The notes below the pieces were generated by a model. It ran no database searches. It was given only the letters and a program-made list of their open reading frames with translations, and was not told the DNA's origin. Shown in pieces: positions 9,445 to 17,750 of a stretch of DNA of 64,000 nt. The position numbers and the translations under genes were made by a program. How positions within the stretch are numbered: position 1 is the first letter of the stretch; each line of letters starts with the position of its first letter. Origin of the DNA: an uncultured Gammaproteobacteria bacterium (GTDB lineage Bacteria; Patescibacteriota; Patescibacteriia; UBA11705; JABHMO01); NCBI GenBank assembly GCA_964590105.1, contig CAZPYM010000002.1:154697-218696 (forward strand), in the 5' to 3' direction.

Positions 9445-10647
9445 ATGCAAAAGCTTAGTGTTGTGCTATTGCTGATTGCGGGCGCTGTTTTTACCGGCTG
9501 CAGTGAACAGCTGGGGGCGCTCGGAGGAACGTTTGCGCGTTCTTTGCTTTTCGTGCTTCCGTTTATCGCAGTCATGATTGGCATTATTTTTGCAATGAAC
9601 AAATGGATCGTTGATAGCCGCGGCGCAACAAATGAAAGACTTTGTTCAGCTGTCGGCGTTGTTAGTTTTCCGGTTTTGTTTTTCGTAGCCTTTTACTTGT
9701 ACTGGGGCTGGAGCTGGTGGGTCATCGGCGCCGCTTTTTTGCTCGGCGGGCCAATCGGCTGGTTCAGCTATACGCTCGATGAGCTTTTGGTAGAATTTTG
9801 GGAAAATCGAGTTGTTACCCTGCCGGGACTTGTCGGGTTGATTCTTGGAGGCGCGGTGATTGTCTCGTTTTTTACCGGCATTTGGCTGGAAGGCGATATG
9901 TATGTAACGAACAAGGCCTGTTCAGCTCGGGCAGTGGTTGAAAGATATAGCGAGACCTGCACCAAGGACGATGATGGGGTTCGTAGCTGTTCCGATTCCT
10001 GGGATTACTACTATCATGTTGACCGAATTGCTGATGGTTGGCAATTGCCTTCCCTGGAAAAAGGAAGAGATTACCAGCTCGGTCGCGGTGATTATGGCCG
10101 AGAAGACCGAGTTAGATTAGAATCATATTTTCTGATTGGCGGGCAGTTTTATTCTGAAGAACAAAAGCAATGGACAGAGTTTCGTTGGCTTGTTCTGAAA
10201 AAAAAGATCCCGGTGGAGTTGAGGCAGGTGCAACACATCCGCAGCAACTTTTACGGGAATCCGGCTGAAAACGCAGGCGCTGTTAGCGAGCCGGCGCCAT
10301 TGCCGGAGAGTGTGGCGGCAAGGGTGTTGACCGGTGATGATCTGCCGCCCGGATCAACAACAATGAAAGCCATTTCAATTGTTTGGGATACGGTTAAGCT
10401 ACTTTTTTCAGAAGAAGAATATAGGGGAATATTGTATATCTTCTTATGTGTTTTTGCATTAATTGGAACGCTGGCATTTTTTGTGCCGGTAACAAGGCCT
10501 TCAGTAGCGGCATTTACGAGTTGTTTTTTCATAATCGCTCTAATTGCAGTAATGATTATTGCGGCCAGAACCGGCAGTCTTGGTTCCGGCAGACGCCGGC
10601 GTTCTTCCGGCGGCGGCGGATTTGGTGGAAGAACGTTTACGCGTTAG
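9445..10647 (+). CDS. Polytopic membrane lipoprotein with Gly-rich C-terminal tail (GGGGFGGRT). Possible paralogous partner of the DUF2207-like protein.
   Basis: Start at the internal Met (MQKLSVVLLLIAGAVFTGC lipobox) with SD AAGGGAGGGTTTAATG. Predicted 3-4 N-terminal TMs, a ~200 aa soluble domain and 2 C-terminal TMs. Ends ...RRRRSSGGGGFGGRTFTR, the same motif as the preceding protein. Confidence 0.6.
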   Translation: MQKLSVVLLLIAGAVFTGCSEQLGALGGTFARSLLFVLPFIAVMIGIIFAMNKWIVDSRGATNERLCSAVGVVSFPVLFFVAFYLYWGWSWWVIGAAFLLGGPIGWFSYTLDELLVEFWENRVVTLPGLVGLILGGAVIVSFFTGIWLEGDMYVTNKACSARAVVERYSETCTKDDDGVRSCSDSWDYYYHVDRIADGWQLPSLEKGRDYQLGRGDYGREDRVRLESYFLIGGQFYSEEQKQWTEFRWLVLKKKIPVELRQVQHIRSNFYGNPAENAGAVSEPAPLPESVAARVLTGDDLPPGSTTMKAISIVWDTVKLLFSEEEYRGILYIFLCVFALIGTLAFFVPVTRPSVAAFTSCFFIIALIAVMIIAARTGSLGSGRRRRSSGGGGFGGRTFTR

Positions 10648-10657
10648 GGAGGTGATA

Positions 10658-11230
10658 ATGCGAAAAACATGTTTTCTGTTTGTCTTTTTGGCATTGCTAT
10701 TTAATGCTTGCTCTAAGGATGAGCAGGCTGATCAGCAGATGCCGGAAGCATCAAAGTACGGAGACCAAGCGCGGGTTCTCACGGGAGAGCCGGCGTTTCC
10801 GGCGCTGGAAAAAAGTTGGATTATTGACAAAGCCAATGCGGTTTCATTAGAAGTTGAAAGGACCGCCGATGCCGTTTTGCAGTCATTGCAGGACGACGGA
10901 TTGGCTGAAGTTGTTGTGTTAATTATCACAGGGGTGAAAAAGCCCGGTGACTATGCTACTCAATACGGACGTTTTCTTCAACTGGGCAAAGCAGGGCCGG
11001 CTTCGGACGGAGGAAACAGAGGCATTGTCTGGTTGGTCAGACCGGATGCTGATGAAAAAATGACCATCTCGGTTGGTCGCGGACTGCCCGGTTTTACCTC
11101 GCAGGACTATGGCGAGATTATGGACGCCGTGGGTGATTATTGTCAGTTCAACAATTATGACAAATGCGTGCAGAGACTCGCGGAAAAGACCAGTGAGGTT
11201 TTGCGCCGGCTGCAAAAAGTCAAACCCTAA
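10658..11230 (+). CDS. TPM-domain-like (DUF477/YgcG-type) lipoprotein.
   Basis: Start at the internal Met with SD GGGAGGTGATAATG. Lipobox LFNAC. Segment GIVWLVRPDADEKMTISVGRGLPGFTSQDYGEIMDAV resembles the TPM core. Family call is tentative. Confidence 0.45.
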   Translation: MRKTCFLFVFLALLFNACSKDEQADQQMPEASKYGDQARVLTGEPAFPALEKSWIIDKANAVSLEVERTADAVLQSLQDDGLAEVVVLIITGVKKPGDYATQYGRFLQLGKAGPASDGGNRGIVWLVRPDADEKMTISVGRGLPGFTSQDYGEIMDAVGDYCQFNNYDKCVQRLAEKTSEVLRRLQKVKP

Positions 11231-11252
11231 ATGCGACAAGGAGGCAAACCGC

Positions 11253-11900
11253 ATGAAAAAGGGAACAATCATTCTTCTCGCAGTGCTCGGAGTCTTCATT
11301 CTCGGCGGTGTGTCCATGTGCAGTTCTGTGGTGGGCGTGTGGAACACGCTCAACAGCAACTACCAGGGCGTGCAGGCCGGCAAATCGCACTACGGTGCGG
11401 CGCTCGACATCGTGCCGGAAAAGATCAAGGGAGTGTGGCAGCTCTCTGATCAGTATTTGGATCACGAATCCGACACATTCAAGATGGTGGCGGCGGCTAG
11501 GAGCGGACTGCTCCAATCCATCGATGGTTTCAAAAAGGCTGAGCAGGGCGGCGCTTCTGATGCGGACATGCTGAAGAATGGCCAGGGCGTCATGGACATG
11601 TTCAACAAGTTCAAGGATGCTAGCCTGGCAGTCAATGTGCAGATCGAGGCCTATCCGCAGCTTCGTGGCGCGGAAACAACCAAGACGGCCATGCGGGCAG
11701 TCGAGGAAGGCGTCAATGAAATCAAGACGGCGCTGGACGACTGGATCGCGTCCATCAAGGTGTACAATGAGTATCGCGGCAGCGCCTGGCCATCCATTCT
11801 TGGAGGATTTATGGCCAAGTTCCCGGTCGAGATTCCCTACTACGAAGCGGAAAGGACAAAGCTCAATATCGATGAGCTGAATCCAAAAAGCAACAAGTAG
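11253..11900 (+). CDS. LemA family protein.
   Basis: Start at the internal Met (MKKGTIILLAVLGVFILGG...) with SD AAGGAGG. N-terminal TM, then WNTLNSNYQGVQAGKSHYGAALDIVPEKIKGVWQL... consistent with LemA (PF04011). Family call from memory. Confidence 0.65.
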   Translation: MKKGTIILLAVLGVFILGGVSMCSSVVGVWNTLNSNYQGVQAGKSHYGAALDIVPEKIKGVWQLSDQYLDHESDTFKMVAAARSGLLQSIDGFKKAEQGGASDADMLKNGQGVMDMFNKFKDASLAVNVQIEAYPQLRGAETTKTAMRAVEEGVNEIKTALDDWIASIKVYNEYRGSAWPSILGGFMAKFPVEIPYYEAERTKLNIDELNPKSNK

Positions 11901-11996
11901 CGCCCTCGTGCGCTAAATAAAAATATCTTCCAGAGAACGTTCTGGGAGATTTTTTGTTAGACAAAGAAGCTTAATTTGAACTAAAATCGCGCGCCA

Positions 11997-12025
11997 TTGA
12001 CATTTCTATATAATTTTGCTATAGT
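11997..12025 (+). promoter_or_regulatory. Sigma70-type promoter TTGACA-17-TATAGT.
   Basis: Consensus hexamers. SD GGAGGTGGAGACATG at 12064. Confidence 0.5.
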
Positions 12026-12063
12026 TAATTGTTGTCATTTGACAATTTAACGGAGGTGGAGAC

Positions 12064-12597
12064 ATGGTTACTCTAGCAATCATTTTCGTCGTTGGGCTGT
12101 TTGGATTGGCCGCGAGCCTTTGTTATTTGTTTTTTAGCAACAGAGTACATTCGGGCGTCAGCCTGGCGATAATTTCCTTGCTTGCTTCTCTTTTGATTCT
12201 GTTATTTGCCGGCTTTAATCTGATTAGTCAGAATCTTGATCTTAAGTCGGAGGAGGAAAGTCCGCGCGTCGAGGAAGGTGAGCCAGTTGAGCTGAATCCT
12301 TCGGGTTGCGTGCTTGAATGGAAAGATTTGCGAATCGTAGGAAACTACGGCGCGATCACGGTTGCAAATAAGTCGAATGCCGACGTTGAAGTCTGGGTGT
12401 CTGCGACCGGCATGAGCCTACAGGCAAAGCTGGAACCCAAGCGCGGCATCCGTCTTCGTTCCGGCGTGAGGTTTCCGGAAACAGACATGGCCTGGACAGT
12501 GAAGCTCTCGACCGGCGAGAGCCGAAGCTTCGACTTCTTGAATTGTTTGCCGCTTGCTTGCGATCTTCAACCAGCATATGGGCTGGAACGGGAATAG
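12064..12597 (+). CDS. Hypothetical membrane-anchored protein (2 N-terminal TMs plus ~110 aa domain).
   Basis: ORF with strong SD. High GC. No recognisable family. Confidence 0.5.
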   Translation: MVTLAIIFVVGLFGLAASLCYLFFSNRVHSGVSLAIISLLASLLILLFAGFNLISQNLDLKSEEESPRVEEGEPVELNPSGCVLEWKDLRIVGNYGAITVANKSNADVEVWVSATGMSLQAKLEPKRGIRLRSGVRFPETDMAWTVKLSTGESRSFDFLNCLPLACDLQPAYGLERE

Positions 12598-12606
12598 GAG
12601 GACAAC

Positions 12607-12900
12607 ATGGGCGAAATATTCCTGCTGTGGTTTGGCCGTTTGTGCCTGCTGTTGGTAGGGCTGGCGGTTGTCTGGTGGTTCAGGCAGTCGTGCGGAGACA
12701 TTTGGTCAAGCGTTGAAGAACGGATTCCAGTTTTGGCGCTCGGCCTTTTCGCTCTGGTGATTTGCGCGCTGACCTTTGCACCGCCTCGAATCAACTATTT
12801 GAAGTATCCGCCGGTAATCAGAGCCATGAACGCGCCGGCGCCTGATCAGATCTCACGATGTCTTGAAGGGAAAATCAACATTCCGATTTGTCGGAAATAG
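12607..12900 (+). CDS. Small hypothetical membrane protein (2 TM).
   Basis: SD ATAGGAGGACAACATG. Hydrophobic segments. High GC. Confidence 0.4.
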   Translation: MGEIFLLWFGRLCLLLVGLAVVWWFRQSCGDIWSSVEERIPVLALGLFALVICALTFAPPRINYLKYPPVIRAMNAPAPDQISRCLEGKINIPICRK

Positions 12901-12910
12901 AAGGGGGCCC

Positions 12911-13180
12911 ATGGTTTCCATGTATATTACTCTTGCGTGGTTAATGATCATTGTGACTTTGTTTTTGGCTTTGGGCGCGTGGAGCTATTGGAGTGAACCG
13001 CCCGAACCGGCAAAAGCAATTTTTTGCGGATTGCTGGCGACAGCACTCCTTCTCCTGGCTGGAGTTTTCTTTGTGCGCGCGCAGAATGAGCAGAAAAAGA
13101 TAAAGGCGGCTATGCTAGAGGTGGAAGACACCGTCATCCATGAAGACCTGCTGGACGTCAAAAGCAGGCAACTTCCATAA
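12911..13180 (+). CDS. Small hypothetical membrane protein (2 TM).
   Basis: Internal Met start preceded by AAGGGGGCCCATG. Two hydrophobic helices. Confidence 0.35.
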   Translation: MVSMYITLAWLMIIVTLFLALGAWSYWSEPPEPAKAIFCGLLATALLLLAGVFFVRAQNEQKKIKAAMLEVEDTVIHEDLLDVKSRQLP

Positions 13181-13195
13181 TTCAATGAATAAAAA

Positions 13196-13225
13196 CTTCC
13201 CGAACGCATTCGGGAGTTTTTTTTG
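13196..13225 (+). terminator. Intrinsic terminator cttCCCGAAcgcaTTCGGGagTTTTTTTT. Right-hand copy of the island boundary repeat.
   Basis: Stem-loop plus U-run. Near-identical to 6819..6845. Confidence 0.6.
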
Positions 13226-13260
13226 TTACGAATTACGAATCTGCTACGAATCTACGTATC
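13225..13260. repeat. TACGAAT heptamer array (gttacgaattacgaatctgctacgaatctacgtatc). Second copy lies upstream of nusA at 16842..16888.
   Basis: ~35-nt near-identical block at two loci 3.6 kb apart. Confidence 0.6.
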
Positions 13261-14196
13261 ACTATTAATAATAATACTTGCGGTTGAGTTCCATTTTTGA
13301 AGGATTTCCAGCCGCGTATCTTTGTCGTGGAATTTCAACACTTTGTCGTTGATAACAACGTTGGTGTTGTTTTGCTTTGCCAGTTCGCGCAAGTGACGAG
13401 GAAGAACTTTTAGCTGAAATTTTTTAGCCAGAGATTCAGCCCAAAAAAATAATTTGCAATTTAGAGCGCCTTCGGAAATTTTTTGAGTCAGTGGCCGCGC
13501 CTTGATCTGCCAGCGGGCATTTGTTTGCACGGGAAAATAATTTGGCAGATATTTTTTGGTCCAAATATTGGCCTGAAAAAAGTTGTTGATTAATTCCGGT
13601 CGGCCGCAAACCGGCACGAATTGGTTTAGCCAGTAAATAAAGTGTACGTCATTTTCATAAGCCAGCGACTGGAGATTTAAATTGTCTTCGGTAATGTAAA
13701 AGCTCAGACAGATTTTGTCTTTTTGTGATTTGACGGTCGGTCTTTGGCGGAGCAATTTCATGGCCAAAACGCAAAAAAGTCTGGCGGTCCAGATTTTATT
13801 TCTGGCGCAAATAATTGTCAGGTCGATGTCGCTGCCTTCGCGCGCGTTTTGATAAGCCAGATTATTGCAAATAAAAATTGCCCGAACATAGGGCAGTCGA
13901 TTGAGTAGCTGGATATATTTTTTTGCTTTTTTTATTTTCGCCTGGGCCAGTAAATATTTTTTCTTTCTTTCAAAAACAATATTGTCCTTGCGTTTTAAAA
14001 AATAAAATCCTTCGTTTGAGCCGAGGATTTTTTCATTAAGCAGATTATCCAGAGCGAAATTAACTTCATTTAGGGAATAATTTGTTTCCGGCTGCCAGAG
14101 ATTTTTCCATATTTCCCAGCCGGTCAGAGGAAAATCAAAAATATTAAAATACGAAATGGTTCTTAAGATTGTTTTTTCTAGGCTTCTCTCTTGCAT
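13252..14196 (-). CDS. Nucleotidyltransferase-fold hypothetical protein.
   Basis: 314 aa. GSDIDLTI motif typical of the pol-beta-like NTase fold. Confidence 0.45.
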   Translation of the reverse strand: MQERSLEKTILRTISYFNIFDFPLTGWEIWKNLWQPETNYSLNEVNFALDNLLNEKILGSNEGFYFLKRKDNIVFERKKKYLLAQAKIKKAKKYIQLLNRLPYVRAIFICNNLAYQNAREGSDIDLTIICARNKIWTARLFCVLAMKLLRQRPTVKSQKDKICLSFYITEDNLNLQSLAYENDVHFIYWLNQFVPVCGRPELINNFFQANIWTKKYLPNYFPVQTNARWQIKARPLTQKISEGALNCKLFFWAESLAKKFQLKVLPRHLRELAKQNNTNVVINDKVLKFHDKDTRLEILQKWNSTASIIINSDT

Positions 14197-14495
14197 ACGC
14201 TGGCGGCTTCTTCCATGGGCGCGCGTTCGGGCTGTTTCATCGCATGTCTGATCTGGCTGGCCTCGACATTGTCTTCCACGATGACTTTTTCTCCGGTGAT
14301 TTTTACAATTTGCTCGGGCGCGATCAGTAGTTCCGAGCTGGTGGCAAAGAATTTGCTTTTGACTACAATATATTTGGAAATGCTGTGTCCGTCAATTTCA
14401 ATTGACAGATCGCAAACCCGGCCCAATAAAATTCCACTTTGAGTTTCCACGGGAAGCTTTTTTAGCTTACTGTAGTGAAGTTGCATAGTTGCCAA
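14178..14495 (-). CDS. PRC-barrel domain protein.
   Basis: 105 aa. LLGRVCDLSIEIDGHSISKYIVVK pattern resembles the PRC barrel (YlmC/YmxH-like). Confidence 0.45.
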   Translation of the reverse strand: MATMQLHYSKLKKLPVETQSGILLGRVCDLSIEIDGHSISKYIVVKSKFFATSSELLIAPEQIVKITGEKVIVEDNVEASQIRHAMKQPERAPMEEAASVCKREA

Positions 14496-14538
14496 ATTAC
14501 CTGATTACTTAATTACCAAAGTACTCATTAATTAAGTT

Positions 14539-15372
14539 TTATTCTTTAAGTTGTTTGGGGTCGCCGTGGTCGCCGGTATTTGTGTTTTCCTTGGAGTCTG
14601 AATCTGCGGTTTGTTTCTTCTCCTCGAATTTGTTTTTCGGCGGAATAATTTCCATAGCAGCTGGCGCGTCTTTTTTGAACATGAACTTTTGCTGAATGCT
14701 GGTAAAGACAGTTGTCAAAAACCAATAAAAGGTTAAGCCGCCCGGGAGGCTCATGCCAATTAAAATTGTCATGAAGGGCATGAAGTATTGCATGCTTTTA
14801 TTCATGTTGGCCAACATTCCTTCGTCTTTTGCTCCCTTGTCTTTGATCTTTGGTTTTTTGGTGGAAAGCATCTGTGTCTGAATGTATTGAGCCGCGCCTG
14901 CCAAAATAGCCAGACCGAGACTCGGCACGGCCATATCCAGAAAACCAAAAGCGATTGGATTAATGTGCCCCGGGTTTTTTACAAATGAATAAAGCAGTTC
15001 AAAATGTTCGCTGGTCAGACCAACTCGAAAGGCGCGGTAAACAGCAATTAAAAATGGAAACTGGATCAGGAGCGGCAGGCAGGAAGATAGAGGATTGACC
15101 TTTTGCTCTTTGTAAAGCTTCATGGTTTCAGCCGCCAGTTTTTCTTTGCTGTCTTTGTACTGTTTTTTTAGGGCATCCATTTTTGGCTGGAGATCCTGAA
15201 GCGTCTTTTGCGAACGAACCGCTTGCAGACTTAGGGGCATCAAAACCAGCTTGATTAAAACTGTAAGACAGATAATAGCCAGCCCGATATCATTGCCCGG
15301 AACAATATTATAAAAATAAATCAGTAAATTGTATATTGGTTCGTAAAGAATAGTATTAAATAGTTGAATCAT
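14539..15372 (-). CDS. yidC: Membrane protein insertase YidC (short form).
   Basis: 277 aa with 5 TMs and conserved YidC/Oxa1 core motifs. C-terminal basic tail. Confidence 0.85.
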   Translation of the reverse strand: MIQLFNTILYEPIYNLLIYFYNIVPGNDIGLAIICLTVLIKLVLMPLSLQAVRSQKTLQDLQPKMDALKKQYKDSKEKLAAETMKLYKEQKVNPLSSCLPLLIQFPFLIAVYRAFRVGLTSEHFELLYSFVKNPGHINPIAFGFLDMAVPSLGLAILAGAAQYIQTQMLSTKKPKIKDKGAKDEGMLANMNKSMQYFMPFMTILIGMSLPGGLTFYWFLTTVFTSIQQKFMFKKDAPAAMEIIPPKNKFEEKKQTADSDSKENTNTGDHGDPKQLKE

Positions 15373-15431
15373 AGAAAATCTTGGTTAGCCCGCGCCTAGA
15401 AAGCACTGCGTTTTGTTTTTGTTTAAAGCTT

Positions 15432-16838
15432 TTATTCTGCAATAGGGATTTCTTCCTGCGGAGTGTCAGCTGTTTTAGCCGGTTTGGCCTTTTTTTTGGC
15501 AGGGGTTTTTTTCTTTTTCTTTGGTTTTTCCTCTTTTACTTCCTCTTCCGTCGCTTTTTGTTCCGGCTCTTCCCCAGGCAGCGCTCCTTCGATTTTTACT
15601 TCTCCTTCCGGTGTTGCTTCGGCGATTTCTGTTTCCGCTTCTAATTCTTTTATGTTAATTTTCCAGCCGGTTAGCCTCGAAGCAAGGCGGACATTTTGTC
15701 CGGCGCGTCCGATAGTCAGAGAAAGCTGATCTTGAGGAACAGTGACAATCGCGGTTTTTTCTTTTTCATCCAGTTCAACTCTGGTGATTTTTGCGGGAAG
15801 CAGGGCATTGGCCAGATATTTTACGGGATTGTCATTATATTCAATGATATCGATTTTTTCACCGCCAAGTTCATGAATGATCGTTTGTATTCTGGCGCCT
15901 CTCTGGCCAATACAAGATCCAATCGGATCAATAGACTCGTCATCAGTATGAACAGCGATCTTTGTGCGACTGCCGGCCTCCCTGGCAATTGTTTTGATGG
16001 TGATGACGCCGCTTGCAACTTCCGGAATTTCCAGTGAGAAAAGCATTTTTACAATTTCAGGATGCGCGCGCGAAACAATTATTTCTGGACCGCGGGTGGT
16101 TAGAGAAACGCTTTCAATATATACTTTGACGCGATCGCCGATTTTGTAGCGTTCAGTGCGGATTTGTTCCTGAGGTGGCAGAATGGCGGAAGTTTTGTCG
16201 AGATCAATTATAACATTGCGGCCGTCAAATTTTTGGACCATGCCCGTGACTATTAATCCTTGTTTTTCTTTGTACTCCTGATATACCACGTTTCTTTCAG
16301 CTTCACGCAGTTTCTGAATAATCACCTGCTTGGCTGTCTGCGCGGCCATGCGACCAAAGTCGCCGGGAATTTCAAGTTTAGTTTTGACAAAGTCGCCGAT
16401 TTTATAACTTTTTTTTATTTGTTTTGCGTCTGACAATTGGATCTCAGTGCGCGGATTAAAATGTCTGGCTTCCTCATCTTCGCCAAGCTCTGCCTGCTCT
16501 CGTTCTGTTTCCGCGGCGCGATCTTCTCTTATCTTTTTTAACTCTTCGGCAGTAATTTCGCCTTTGGTGATTTTTTCTTTTAATTCTTCTCTTTCCAGTT
16601 TTATTCTTTCCATCTCGGCCAATTCTTCCGGCGTCAAATCTTCCACTATTTCCTTGACGTCAAAGATTTTGATTTTATTGGTTTCCAAATCAAATTCAGC
16701 CTGAATGTTTTGTGTCTTGTCGCCAAAATCTTTTCGGAAAGCTGCAGCAAGGGCGGAGTTTATTGTTTCCAAAACAGAGTCTTCGCTAAGACCTTTTTCA
16801 GCGCAAATTTGTTTTACGACTTGCTTGATATTATCCAT
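15432..16838 (-). CDS. nusA: Transcription termination/antitermination factor NusA with Lys-rich C-terminal tail.
   Basis: 468 aa. N-terminal domain, S1 and two KH domains, then a KK-rich low-complexity C-terminus. Confidence 0.92.
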   Translation of the reverse strand: MDNIKQVVKQICAEKGLSEDSVLETINSALAAAFRKDFGDKTQNIQAEFDLETNKIKIFDVKEIVEDLTPEELAEMERIKLEREELKEKITKGEITAEELKKIREDRAAETEREQAELGEDEEARHFNPRTEIQLSDAKQIKKSYKIGDFVKTKLEIPGDFGRMAAQTAKQVIIQKLREAERNVVYQEYKEKQGLIVTGMVQKFDGRNVIIDLDKTSAILPPQEQIRTERYKIGDRVKVYIESVSLTTRGPEIIVSRAHPEIVKMLFSLEIPEVASGVITIKTIAREAGSRTKIAVHTDDESIDPIGSCIGQRGARIQTIIHELGGEKIDIIEYNDNPVKYLANALLPAKITRVELDEKEKTAIVTVPQDQLSLTIGRAGQNVRLASRLTGWKINIKELEAETEIAEATPEGEVKIEGALPGEEPEQKATEEEVKEEKPKKKKKTPAKKKAKPAKTADTPQEEIPIAE

Positions 16839-16841
16839 ATT

Positions 16842-16888
16842 GTTACGAATTACTAATCAGCTACGAATCTACGAATGGCTATGAATGT
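16842..16888. repeat. TACGAAT heptamer array immediately upstream of the nusA start codon.
   Basis: gttacgaattactaatcagctacgaatctacgaatggctatgaatg. Ends 4 nt from the nusA ATG (minus strand). Confidence 0.6.
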
Positions 16889-17148
16889 TGATAGCGATTT
16901 TGTAAAATAGTAGGTGAATTTATAATTGGTGGTTTTAAAAAAAACACTAGTTTAATTATCATAAACTAGCTTACTATGAAAGTATAGCAGGCTAATTAAA
17001 TTTTGTCCATAATGAAAGGTCTTGTCAAGCGGATTTAATTGTGTTAAAGTAGTTCTAGTTTAATAAATTAAGGGTATTCTGCGTTACGACCATTAATTTT
17101 AGCGAACTTCTATTTTGCTAGAATTACAGAATATCAACTCATTTTCAT

Positions 17149-17673
17149 ATGTCACAGCATTATGAATTAGTCTACATTGTCCCGATTAAATATTTGGACG
17201 ATGAGCTGCAAACGATTACTCAGTCAGTAAATGGACTAATTAAGAAATTTGTCGGAGAAATTGTTCTGGAAAGTTCATTGGGTCGACAACGCCTAGCCTA
17301 TCCCATTAATCAAGTTCATCAGGGCACTTACAATGTTGTTGAATTTGATATGAACGAAGAAGAGATAAAAAAGTTCAGCCGGGAACTCGGCATGGTGCCG
17401 GAAGTTTTGCGCTTTTTAATTATTTGCAAAAAGGTAAAGACTGAAAAGGAAATCAAAAAAGAAGAGCAAATTAAAGCCGGGATGAGGCGCGCCAAAGAAG
17501 AAGAGTTGGCCAAGATAGAAGAAGAAGACAAGGGCGGAATGAAAAAACTGGCCGAAGCGCCAACCCCGACTGCAGAATCAAAGCCGGAGAAAATAAAACA
17601 AGAAGCCAAAAAAACTTCCCTTGAAGAGTTGGACAAAAAATTAGACGAAATTTTGAGCGACGATATATTATAA
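17149..17673 (+). CDS. rpsF: 30S ribosomal protein S6 with charged C-terminal extension.
   Basis: MSQHYELVYIV... bS6 fold. Acidic/Lys-rich tail. Confidence 0.9.
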   Translation: MSQHYELVYIVPIKYLDDELQTITQSVNGLIKKFVGEIVLESSLGRQRLAYPINQVHQGTYNVVEFDMNEEEIKKFSRELGMVPEVLRFLIICKKVKTEKEIKKEEQIKAGMRRAKEEELAKIEEEDKGGMKKLAEAPTPTAESKPEKIKQEAKKTSLEELDKKLDEILSDDIL

Positions 17674-17678
17674 TAAAT

Positions 17679-17744
17679 AGTAAGTAGTGAGTAGTGAGTA
17701 GTAAGTAGTGAGTTAACTCACCACTCACCACTCACCATTCACCA
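17679..17744 (+). promoter_or_regulatory. Long imperfect hairpin built from tandem heptamers (AGTGAGT x5 / CTCACCA x4) between rpsF and ssb.
   Basis: ~22 of 26 positions pair. No U-run follows. Confidence 0.5.
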
Positions 17745-17750
17745 AATCAT

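Noticed and set aside
10919-11574. Several 70-150 aa ORFs on both strands within the island (10919..11359-, 11220..11516-, 11231..11449+, 11308..11574+, 11578..11880+).
   Set aside because: High GC suppresses stop codons. They overlap the SD-supported TPM-like and LemA genes and have no independent signals.
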